From positions 258,587 to 322,586 of the forward strand of contig CBDBGD010000007.1 of assembly GCA_965205235.1 (NCBI GenBank): 64,000 nt of DNA, given 5' to 3'. The notes beneath the pieces were generated by a model. The model did not search any database. It worked only from the letters and a program-made list of their open reading frames with translations, and was not told the origin of the DNA. Both the position numbers and the translations under genes were made by a program. Position 1 is the stretch's first letter, and every line of letters starts with the position of its first letter. Shown here in pieces: positions 1-9,659 of the stretch. Source of the stretch: Dehalococcoidia bacterium (lineage in GTDB: Bacteria > Chloroflexota > Dehalococcoidia > Lucifugimonadales > UBA1127).

Positions 1-2607
1 CTGGAAGAGACCTTGGACGCTGGACTCGATGAGGCGGCGACGGAAGGACATGTCGTGATGCTCCGGTGTTTGCCGCCGGACCTGGCCGACATCGTGTTCG
101 TCGTAGGACTGATCTCCAGTCTGAGTCTAGACGACTTGGGAATAGACCGCGAGGTGACCCCGGAGGAGAGACGTTGTCTGGACGACCTTGTGGAGCCCCA
201 GGACGCGGCGGCGCTGATGGAAATGCTGGCCGAGGGCCCATCCTCGGCCGAGGCCGCAGCGTTTGCCGGCAGGGTGTACAAGTGCATTCCCGACTTGCTC
301 ATAGCACTGATTATCTGGAACACCGGCGTGCCAGTGACAGTGGAGAGCCTGGACGTCGCCGCCCTGGACTGCATGCAGGAGGCCGTCTCTGGCATCAGCG
401 ACCGATTGGCCGGGGCCGTTGTGGGCCAAGAAGAGGAGCTGGCGGAGGAGGGTTTTGCCTTTCTCAGGACCGTGTACGGGTGCGCTCCCGACATCTTCGG
501 CCCCGGCTTGACCGGCACCCCAGCGCCAACCGCCACGCCCACTCCCACACCAACGCCGGCTGCCATCGAGGCCGCCGGCCGCATCGCCTTCACGTCAAAC
601 CGGGCCGGGAACCAGGACATCTACGTGATGAACGCGGACGGGTCGGGCGCGACCCCGCTCACCGGCGACCCCGCAGACGACTGGTACCCCAGGTGGTCGC
701 CGGACGGAGAGCGCATCACCTTCGAATCGGACCGGGACGGGGACTTCGAAATCTACGTGATGAACGCGGATGGGTCGGGCGTGACCCAGCTCACCGACAA
801 CCCCGCGACGGACTTGTCCGCCAGCTGGTCGCCGGACGGACGGCGCATCGCCTTCGAATCGGACCGGAACGGGAGCTTCGACATCTACGTGATGAACGCG
901 GACGGGTCGGACGTGACCCGGCTTACCGATAGGCCTGAGGACGACGAGGTCACCAGCTGGTCGCCCGACGGAGAGCGCATCGTCTTCCAGTCGGACCGGG
1001 ACATCTACGTGATGAACGCTGACGGGTCGGGCGTGACCCAGCTCACCGACGACATCCCTAGGGACGAATGGCCGAGCTGGTCGCCGGACGGGCGCATCGC
1101 CTTCGCATCGGACCGGGGCGGAAACTGGGACATCTACGTGATGAATGCGGACGGGTCGGGTGTGACCCGGCTCACCGACCACCCCTCGTTCGACCAGGGG
1201 CCCACCTGGTCGCCCGACGGAGAGCGCATCGTCTTCCACTCGTACCGGGATGGGAACTGGGACGTCTACGTGATGAACGCGGACGGATCGGGGGTGACCC
1301 AACTTACCGACAGCCCCGCGAGCGACAGCAGTCCGAGCTGGTCGCCTGCGGCTACGGGGGCGCAGGCGACCGGTCCCACACCCACGCCGGCTGCCGACGA
1401 TGCCTCCGGCCGCATCGCCTTCGTGTCGGACCGGGAGGGGAGTTGGGACATCTACGCGATGAACGCGGACGGGTCGGGCGTGACCCGCCTCACCGACGAC
1501 GCTGCGTGGGACCAATGGCCGAGCTGGTCGCCGGATGGAATGCGCATCGCCTTCCACTCGGACCGGGACGGGAGCTGGGACATCTACGCGATGAACGCGG
1601 ACGGGTCGGACGTGACCCGGCTCACCGACGACCCCGCGAGCGACTTGGGGCCCAGCTGGTCGCCGGACGGACGGCGTATCGCCTTCTACTCGGACCGGGA
1701 CGGGGACTTCAACATCTACGCGATGAACGCGGACGGGTCGGGCGCGACCCGGCTCACCGACAGCCCCGAGCCAGACTGGCACCCCAGTTGGTCGCCGGAC
1801 GGAGGGCGCATCGCCTTCGTGTCGGAGCGGGAGGGGAGCTGGGACATCTACGTGATGAACGCGGACGGTTCAGGCGTGACCCGGCTCACCGACGACACCG
1901 CGAGCGACTTGGGGCCCAGCTGGTCGCCGGACGGACGGCGCATCGCCTTCGAATCGGACCGGGACGGGAACTGGGACATCTACGTGATGAACGCGGACGG
2001 GTCGGGCGTGACCCGGCTCACCGACAACCCCGCGATCGACCGGGGGCCCAGCTGGTCGCCGGACGGACAGCGCATCGCCTTCATGTCGAGTCGAGACGGG
2101 GACTGGGAGGTCTACGTGATGAACGCGGATGGGTCCGGGGTGACCAGCCTCACCGACAACCGGGCGACCACCGATTGGTACCCCAGATGGTCGCCCGCGG
2201 CTACCCCTGCCTCGTCCGCGGTGACCGATGAGGGTGAGGAATATCTGGCCAACAGGACCAAAGCCTTCGTGGACGAGGCGCTGGTGCGGTACGAGCGTGA
2301 CAGGCGGGAGGCTACTCTGGCCTACTACAACTCGCCGGAACAGGTTGACGGCCAGTGGTACGTCTTCATTGTCGGAGAGGACCACCGCATCATCGCTCAC
2401 TACCTACCGGACCGCGTCGGCCTGGATGCGAACGAGCTCGCAGACTCCGAGGAATACCTGTACGGCCAGGACATCCTGAAGGCCGACGAGACGGGCCGAT
2501 GGGTCAGCTACGTGTTCCTGAACCCGGAGACGGGAGAGGAGCAGAGGAAGCACTCGTGGGTGGTGAGGCGGGACGGGTTGATCTTCGGCTCCGGGTGGTA
2601 TGAGTAG
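1..2607 (+). CDS. PD40/TolB-type beta-propeller repeat protein (2 x 6 blades) with C-terminal single-Cache-like domain; 5' partial
   Basis: The frame is open to the left window edge. There are twelve ~44-aa repeats ([17 protein letters not shown]...[16 protein letters not shown]) in two blocks of six, separated by an AT/PT linker. The last ~130 aa match the Cache pattern ([17 protein letters not shown]...[23 protein letters not shown]...GSGWY). Confidence 0.8.
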   Translation: MEETLDAGLDEAATEGHVVMLRCLPPDLADIVFVVGLISSLSLDDLGIDREVTPEERRCLDDLVEPQDAAALMEMLAEGPSSAEAAAFAGRVYKCIPDLLIALIIWNTGVPVTVESLDVAALDCMQEAVSGISDRLAGAVVGQEEELAEEGFAFLRTVYGCAPDIFGPGLTGTPAPTATPTPTPTPAAIEAAGRIAFTSNRAGNQDIYVMNADGSGATPLTGDPADDWYPRWSPDGERITFESDRDGDFEIYVMNADGSGVTQLTDNPATDLSASWSPDGRRIAFESDRNGSFDIYVMNADGSDVTRLTDRPEDDEVTSWSPDGERIVFQSDRDIYVMNADGSGVTQLTDDIPRDEWPSWSPDGRIAFASDRGGNWDIYVMNADGSGVTRLTDHPSFDQGPTWSPDGERIVFHSYRDGNWDVYVMNADGSGVTQLTDSPASDSSPSWSPAATGAQATGPTPTPAADDASGRIAFVSDREGSWDIYAMNADGSGVTRLTDDAAWDQWPSWSPDGMRIAFHSDRDGSWDIYAMNADGSDVTRLTDDPASDLGPSWSPDGRRIAFYSDRDGDFNIYAMNADGSGATRLTDSPEPDWHPSWSPDGGRIAFVSEREGSWDIYVMNADGSGVTRLTDDTASDLGPSWSPDGRRIAFESDRDGNWDIYVMNADGSGVTRLTDNPAIDRGPSWSPDGQRIAFMSSRDGDWEVYVMNADGSGVTSLTDNRATTDWYPRWSPAATPASSAVTDEGEEYLANRTKAFVDEALVRYERDRREATLAYYNSPEQVDGQWYVFIVGEDHRIIAHYLPDRVGLDANELADSEEYLYGQDILKADETGRWVSYVFLNPETGEEQRKHSWVVRRDGLIFGSGWYE

Positions 2608-2715
2608 ATGAAGGACTCGCGGCATCTCGACGTGGAACCTGAGTCTCCTTGAGGGAGGGGAATATTGCAACACCGGACCAGAGCAAGCGCAAGCACAGAC
2701 ACCGATTCCCGGGAA

Positions 2716-4107
2716 ATGGACCCCCCCAAGCCTTCCGTCCGACGCGCCGAGCTGCCACCAGGCCCCTCCGAGATGCCCGTCATCGGCCAAGCGTTCCGTC
2801 TCAAGAACGACTTCGTCGGCCTGCTGCGAGAGGCCGCCACCTACGGCGACGTCAGCACCGTGTCGGTGAAACCCATCCTGATCTACCTCGTGAATCACCC
2901 CGATCTCAACCGGGAGGTCCTGGTGAGGACACACCAGAAGACCGGGCGAGGCGTGACCGCTTTTGAGACCATTCGCTGGATGATGGGCGACGGCCTCACG
3001 GCCTCCACCGGAGCGTTTCATCTGAGGCAGCGGCGGCTGATACAGCCTCGGTTTCACCGCAGGTACATTGACCACTACGCCGGGGCCATGACTGAAATCG
3101 CGTCCCGAAAGTCCCAGCAGTGGCGAGACGGGGCTGTGGTCGACATGGAGCAGGAGATGCGGGGCCTGACGCTCCAGATAGTGGCGAAAGCCCTGTTCGA
3201 CATCGAGACGAGCGATGTCGTCCGGCGCGTGGGCGAGTCGTTTGCAGAGAGTGAGGGGTACATATACCTCCGCCTGACCCAGCCGGTGTTTCTCAGGCGG
3301 CTTCTCCATAACCTTCCTGTGCCTTCCACCCGGCGCTTCAAGGCTGCGCGGGCCTACCTGGACGATCTGATATACGGCCTGATTAAGGACCGCCGCCAGT
3401 CGGGCGCCGAGGGCGACGACCTGCTGTGCATGCTGCTGCAAGCCAGGTATGAGGACGCGGAGGGCGACGAGGACAGCAGGATGAGCGACGAGCTGGTGCG
3501 CGACGAGGCCGTCTCCCTGTACATCGCCGGGCACGACACCACGGCGACGACCCTGACGTACGCGTTTTTCCTCCTGTCCCAGAATCCCGAAGTAGAGAAG
3601 CAGTTTCATGCGGAGTTGGACGACGTGCTGGGCGACCGCGACGCCACCCTCGACGACCTGCCGAACCTGCCCCTCACCGACCAGGTGATCACAGAGACGC
3701 TGAGGCTCTATCCGCCGTTCTGGCTTCTTGGAAGGATGGTGTTCGAGCCCATCGAACTGGGGGGCCACCACATCCCGGCCGGCGTCTCGGTGGTGACCTC
3801 GCCGCTGATCACACAACGCGACCCGCGCTGGTTCGAGGACCCGATGGAGTTTCGACCCGAGCGCTGGACGGACGAGTTCCGCAGCGAGTTGCCATCGTTC
3901 GCATACTTCCCCTTCGGGGGAGGCCCGCATAAGTGCATCGGCGAGGGCTTCGCGTGGATGGAGGCGAATATCGCGCTGGCTACCTTGCACCGGCGCTGGC
4001 GCGCAACGACGAGCAGCAAGGCGGAGATAATGCCCCGGACAACCCTCAAGGTGAAGGGCGGCTTGCCGATGAGGCTCGAACGTCGCAACCGTTCCGGGTG
4101 CTGTTGA
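2716..4107 (+). CDS. cytochrome P450
   Basis: Heme loop FPFGGGPHKCIGEGFA, I-helix AGHDTT, K-helix ETLRLYPP and N-terminal PPGP..P.IGQ are present. ATG 2716 is chosen over the upstream alternative start at 2665. Confidence 0.9.
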   Translation: MDPPKPSVRRAELPPGPSEMPVIGQAFRLKNDFVGLLREAATYGDVSTVSVKPILIYLVNHPDLNREVLVRTHQKTGRGVTAFETIRWMMGDGLTASTGAFHLRQRRLIQPRFHRRYIDHYAGAMTEIASRKSQQWRDGAVVDMEQEMRGLTLQIVAKALFDIETSDVVRRVGESFAESEGYIYLRLTQPVFLRRLLHNLPVPSTRRFKAARAYLDDLIYGLIKDRRQSGAEGDDLLCMLLQARYEDAEGDEDSRMSDELVRDEAVSLYIAGHDTTATTLTYAFFLLSQNPEVEKQFHAELDDVLGDRDATLDDLPNLPLTDQVITETLRLYPPFWLLGRMVFEPIELGGHHIPAGVSVVTSPLITQRDPRWFEDPMEFRPERWTDEFRSELPSFAYFPFGGGPHKCIGEGFAWMEANIALATLHRRWRATTSSKAEIMPRTTLKVKGGLPMRLERRNRSGCC

Positions 4108-4133
4108 GGAGGCCCTTTTGCGTTCAGTGGGAA

Positions 4134-4179
4134 TCAGGATGCCCAAGGCGATGTCCGGTTCGAGGCTAAGGCCGATGCC
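4134..4179 (+). repeat. copy A of a ~46-nt direct repeat (tcagg-ATGCCCAAGGCGATGTCCGGTTCGAGGCTAAGGCCGATGCC)
   Basis: 36/41 identical to 11639-11679. It lies 30 nt after the P450 stop and ~90 nt before the LRR lipoprotein start. Confidence 0.7.
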
Positions 4180-4225
4180 TTCGCGCCCTGACTCAGCGCC
4201 GTCTCCGCAGATTGCCGCCGCCGCC

Positions 4226-7200
4226 ATGAGGACGGGCGCACAACACGGCGGCCTTGAGCACCGCGTCCCAAGACAGGCCAGTCTCATTCTCCTCCTCTTG
4301 ACCTTGGCCGCTCTGCTGGCCTGTTCTGATGAGGCGACACCTGACAGGCTGGCGACGGAGGCGGTTAGGTCGGAGTTCAACACCAAGAGCGACGTCACAC
4401 AGGGCCAACAGCGGGCGCTCGACGGCATCCTGGACGGCGCTACTGGCAAGGACGTGACCGTCGTCATAGATTACGTAGAGATTGAGCCGGGACACGAGCA
4501 GGGAATATTCCGGTTGACTGTGCCGGTTGCTGGCCTGGACGCCGGTGATGATGTATCCAGTGCGGACGCGGAGTTGAACCTTGGCAACGTCACAATCAAC
4601 GCGCCGGACTCTGCCGGAGACCGCGCGGTCACGATTGTGCTGGACGAGACGCTGACGATGCGGGGAGAAGCCGGCCTGGTCTCCCGACAAGGGGAGTTGG
4701 AGGTGGTGGTCCAGGAACTGACGCTGCATCTGAGGCCTGAGGCTCCCGACCCCGGCGCATTGACCGGGGGGGCCGAGGATGTGACGGAGATAGGTGTGGA
4801 ATTGGAAGTGGAGGTGACCTCCCTGCCGGCTGAGGACGCGGCATTGGAAGTAAGGTACAGCAAGGCCCTGGAGGCATTCGTCCAGGACTCGACCGCCGTG
4901 TTGAACCGGGTGGCGTCCCGTGTCAGAGAGAACGGAGTGATAGAGGACCCATCGGAGGACGTCGCCTTCTCGGTGCAGGTGACAAGGGTGAATCTGGAGA
5001 GAGAGTCGCTGGGGGACAGCATAGTCAGGTTGCAGGTGAGCAGCGGGTGGTACGAATCGCGCGTCGCCGATGGGAAGATGGTCACGGTTGTAAAGCAGGG
5101 CGATGAGGGTGGCTCCTATCTGCCAGGCGACGTAGAAGTACGTGAGGTGCCCGGCGAGGCGCTGCATGAGGTCATAGCGTCATTCACTGGAGAGAGCGGC
5201 GGGTTCTCGACGTTCACCCTGATAGCGGTGGCCTCGTCCGCGCCCGCTGCAGCTACACCTAACCAGAGTGCCATCGAAGAGGACAGGGAAGCGCTGGTGA
5301 CCCTCTACAACGCCACGGGCGGCCCGGACTGGAAGGACAACACCAACTGGCTGAGCGGCGCGCCGTTAGGAGAGTGGTACGGCGTCTTCACCGACGACAA
5401 CGGTCGCGTTGACACTCTGTCCCTCCGTAATAACGGGTTGACCGGGGAGATACCGGCGGAACTGGGAAATCTCTCCAAACTGGTAGTGTTGCGCCTCCAC
5501 AATTCTGGGACTCTCCGACTAGGCGAGCCTCCCGCCTTCAACCAGCTGACTGGGGAGATCCCCCGGGAGCTGGGTAGCCTCGCCAGCCTGGTGGAGATGG
5601 ACCTCCGCGGCAACCAGCTGACCGGGGAGATACCCCTGGAGCTGGCGAACCTCTCCAACCTGGCGCTGCTGAACCTCTCTGGCAACCGGCTGACCGGGGA
5701 GATACCCCCGGAGCTGGTCAACCTCTCCGATCTGGATACTCTGGACCTCTCCAGCAATCCCTTGAGCGGGTGCATACCCGGCGGGCTGCGAGACGTGGAC
5801 CGTAACGACCTGCACCTCCTCGGTCTGCGCTTCTGCGATGATGACACAACGGAACGGGACGCCCTGGTGGCCCTCTACAATGTTGCGGGCGGCCCGGACT
5901 GGAAGGACAACGCAGGCTGGCTGAGCGACGCGACGCTGGTTGGGTGGGCCGGGGTCGGTACGGATCGCGACGGCCGTGTTGTTTACCTGGACCTCTCCGA
6001 CAACAATTTGAGCGGGGAGATACCGCCGGAGCTGGCGAGCCTCATCCACCTGCATACGCTGGTGCTCTCCGACAACGACTTGGGCGGAGAGATCCCGCGG
6101 GAGTTGGGCAACCTCTCCAACCTGGAGGGGCTGGCCCTCGGTGGCAACCAGTTGACTGGGGAGATACCCCCGGAGTTGGGCAACCTCGCCAACCTGACGA
6201 GCCTGGACCTCTCCAGCAACCGGTTGAGCGGGGAGATACCGCCGGAGCTGGGTGGCCTGTCCAACCTGAACGGGTTGTTCCTCCTAGGCAACCAGCTGAC
6301 CGGGGAAATACCGCCGGAGTTGGGGGCCCTCGCCAACCTGGCGATTTTGAACCTCCACGCCAATTGGTTGACCGGGGAAATACCGCCGGAGTTGGGCGGC
6401 CTTGCCAACCTGACGAGCCTGTACCTTTCCGGCAACCAGTTGGGCGGGGAGATCCCCCCGGAGCTGGGCGGCCTCGCCAACCTCTTCAACCTGCGGCTCC
6501 GCGGCAATGGGTTGAGCGGGTGCATTCCCGGTGGGCTGCGGGACGTGGAGATCACCGACGCCGCCCAAGCCGGCCTGCTCTTCTGCGGCGCCACCGACCG
6601 AGACGTGCTCGTGCTGTTCTACCACTCCACGAACGGCCCGGACTGGAGCGACAACACCAACTGGCTGAGCGACGCACCCCTGGGAGAGTGGCACGGTGTC
6701 ACCACGAACGCCAACGGCCGCGTCATCGGCCTGGCCCTCCCCAACAACGAGTTGACCAACCTGTTGGTCAACGAGATACCGACGGCCTGGGGCAGGGGCC
6801 TGGGCAGCCTCTCCAGGCTGGAGAGGCTGGACCTCCGCGGCAACTACCTGCGCGTGGAGATCCCCCCGGAGCTGGGCAACCTCTCCAACCTGCGGTGGTT
6901 GAACCTCAGCTTCAATATCTTGAGCGGCGAGATCCCGCCGGAGTTGGGCAACCTCACCAACCTTGAGGGGGTGTTCCTCGTCGGCTACGATGCTTTGGGC
7001 GGGTGCATCCCCAATGCATGGCGGGGCGTGCCGGCCTGGGACCTCGACGAGCTGGGTCTCCCCTTCTGCGATGCCGCGGCCGCCTCCGACGGAGGGTCGC
7101 CCTCCGGCGACAGGGATGCTCTTGCGGCCCTCTTCGGCGCCGCGGGCGGCCCGGATTGGGAGGACAACACGAAGTGGCTGAGCGACGCGCCCCTGGGCGA

Positions 7201-8557
7201 ATGGCACGGCGTCACCACGGACGCCAACGGCCGCGTCATCGGCCTGGACCTCTCCGGCAACGGACTCAGCGGGGAGATACCCCCACAGCTGGGCGACCTC
7301 TCCAACCTGGAGTTGTTGCTCCTCGACAACAACCAGTTGACCGGGGAGATACCGCCGGAGCTGGGCAGCCTCACCCGCCTCCGGGAGCTGTTTCTCGGCG
7401 GCAACCGATTGAGCGGGGAGATACCGGCGGCCTTGGGCCGGCTACGCCTCCTGCAGGTGCTGGGCCTCTCCCTCAACCAGTTGACCGGGGAGATCCCGCC
7501 GGACCTGGGCAACCTCCCCAGCCTTCAATTGGTGCTCCTCGCCGGCAACCGACTGGTGGGATGCATACCCGCCAGATGGCGGAACGTGGAAGGCGACGTG
7601 GACGAGATGGGCCTGCTCTTCTGCGGCGGCGCATCTGACCGGGATGCTCTTGTCGCCCTCTACGACGCCACCCGCGGCGCGGAGGATTGGATTGACAGCA
7701 CGAACTGGCTGAGCGACGCGCCCCTGGGAGAGTGGCATGGCGTCACCACGGACGCCGATGGCCGCGTCATCGGCCTGGACCTCTCCAGCAACCAGGTGAA
7801 CGGGGAGATACCGGCGGCCCTGGGCAGCCTCTCCGACCTTCAAGCCCTGGACCTCTCTGACAACTGGTTGAGCGGGGAGATACCGGCAGCACTGGGCAGC
7901 CTCTCCAACCTTCAGGAGTTGGACCTCTCTTGGGACAGGGACAGAGACCGCAACTACCCTGGAGAGTTGACAGGGGCGATACCCCCGGAGCTGGGGAACC
8001 TCTCCGGCCTTCGGCGGCTGGACATCTCTCACCACCAGTTGAGCGGGGCGATTCCGTCGGAGCTGGGCAGCCTCCCCAACCTGCGAGAGCTGCGCCTCCG
8101 CGACAACCGGCTGACCGGGGATATCCCGCCGGAGCTGGCCAACCTCGCCAACCTGGAGGTCTTGAGCCTCTCCGTGAACCAGTTGACCGGGGATATCCCG
8201 CCGGAGTTGGGCAACCTCGCCAGCCTGGAGGAGTTGTTCCTCGCCGGCAACCAGCTGACCGGGGCGATCACACGGGAGTTGGGCAACCTCTCCAACCTGA
8301 GGGTGTTGTCCCTCTCCTACAACCAGCTGAGCGGGGCGATCCCGCGGGAGTTGGGCAACCTCTCCAACCTGGAGGGGCTGGCCCTCTCCTACAACCAGTT
8401 AGCCGGGGAGATCCCGCCGGAATTAGGCAGCCTCTCCAACCTTCAGGGGGTGTTCATCCGCTCCAACGAATTGAGCGGGTGCATACCCGGTGCATGGCGG
8501 GACGTGCCCCGTAACGACTTCGACGACCCCAGGGTTCGGCTGCCCTTCTGCGAATGA
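4226..8557 (+). CDS. lipoprotein with five tandem plant-type leucine-rich-repeat modules
   Basis: Signal peptide plus lipobox ([12 protein letters not shown] at ATG 4226). A ~350-aa unknown N-domain is followed by 5 modules. Each module starts with an LRRNT-like cap ([38 protein letters not shown].NGRV), continues with 24-aa [25 protein letters not shown] repeats, and ends with a Cys cap ([12 protein letters not shown]....LFC). Confidence 0.85.
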   Translation: [1443 protein letters not shown]

Positions 8558-8835
8558 AGCTGCGCTCGGCTGACATCCACCGGCAAGAGGGCGGCCTGAA
8601 TGACCCCGGTGCCAAGCGGGGGCCATCGATCGGCTAAGGCTCTGCGGCCGACGAGTACCGGCTGGCGATGGCGTCCTCGGAGAACGCGGCCATAGTTGGG
8701 CTGTCCAGGCCGGCGTCGGGAGGAGGAGTCGCTGGGCCAGAGAGCGCCGCTCTTCGACGTCGAGGCCGTGCCCCGGTCCGACCCGGAGTGGGGAGGTGAC
8801 ATGCGAGACGTGCTGGTGGCACTGCGTAGGGTGCA

Positions 8836-8967
8836 GTGCCACGGGGTGGCCGGTTTCTGCTGTGGATCGGCCTGGCGCTGGTCCTAACGGGGTTGGCCCT
8901 CTTGTACTACGGCTATGAGGCGGCCATCGGCAACGTCCTGAACGAGATTGCATCCTGGACCGGGTGA
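8836..8967 (+). CDS. possible 43-aa single-pass membrane micro-protein
   Basis: Not in the ORF track (<60 aa). A GTG start follows a TAG, giving VPRGGRFLLWIGLALVLTGLALLYYGYEAAIGNVLNEIASWTG*. The stop lies 16 nt before the TM2 gene ATG and just before its AAGGAGG. Confidence 0.25.
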   Translation: MPRGGRFLLWIGLALVLTGLALLYYGYEAAIGNVLNEIASWTG

Positions 8968-8983
8968 CACAAGGAGGCCTGGT

Positions 8984-9397
8984 ATGGAGGGACGAGTACA
9001 GGACTGCTCCGGTAGGTCCGGCACCATCATCGACAGCGATGGGCATTGCTACCGGTTTGGTGCAGCGGACTGGAATGTGAGAAGAGACCCTACGAGGGGC
9101 CAGACGGTGCAGTTCCTGGCCTCCGGGGACAGGGCCGTCGCCATCTACCCTGCAGTGCATCTTCCGTTCCTGCCCATGGTGAGGAGGAAGAAAAGGGCGA
9201 CGGCAATCCTGCTGGCCATCTTCCTGGGCTGCCTGGGCGCACACAAGTTCTACCTCGGCCGCCACGTCGGGGGCATCGTTTACCTCATCCTCGCTCTGAC
9301 CCTCGTCGGCGCCTTGATCACCACCATCCTGTCGATTATCGACATGGTTGGGATGCTGCTCATGTCCGACGACGACTTCGAGCGCGTGTTCGGCTAG
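8984..9397 (+). CDS. TM2 domain-containing membrane protein
   Basis: AAGGAGG sits 6 nt upstream of ATG 8984. The TM2 signature is present (AILLAIFLGCLGAHKFYLGR...GIVYLIL...). Confidence 0.8.
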   Translation: MEGRVQDCSGRSGTIIDSDGHCYRFGAADWNVRRDPTRGQTVQFLASGDRAVAIYPAVHLPFLPMVRRKKRATAILLAIFLGCLGAHKFYLGRHVGGIVYLILALTLVGALITTILSIIDMVGMLLMSDDDFERVFG

Positions 9398-9659
9398 GTG
9401 GCATGCGGGGCCTGGGGTGGTCGTGGTCCCCCGCTCCCCATCCCAGGCTTCCTAGCACTCGCAGGGGGTCCCGTCGCTTCACCCAAGCGGCGGGGCCGCC
9501 CCTGCACCACGCCGGAGGAAGGCGAGGTGCGGTTGATCAACGAGACCAACCACCCTGCGGGACCCCCCGAGACTCCCACCCCCGCCGTGTTCGCAGGATG
9601 CGCCGAACCGCGACAGATACGGAATCTCGTGCGAGACTCTGCCATAGAGGAGATTGTCC

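Noticed and set aside
595-2400. Minus- and alternative-frame ORFs (595..1782, 1068..2231, 1870..2400) with their own internal repeats
   Set aside because: They mirror the PD40 repeat periodicity on the other strand or frame. The compositions are extreme (R/G/P/V) and there are no motifs.
2404-4467. 687-aa minus-strand ORF, the longest ORF in this area
   Set aside because: It lies antisense to the P450 gene, which carries unmistakable heme-loop, I-helix and ExxR motifs. Its translation is Arg/Pro/Gly/Ala-rich with no motifs, which is typical of a high-GC shadow ORF.
1-8557. CRISPR-like periodicity (regular repeats of ~132 nt and ~72 nt)
   Set aside because: The repeats are in-frame coding repeats (PD40 blades, LRR units) with no unique spacers. 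No cas genes are present.
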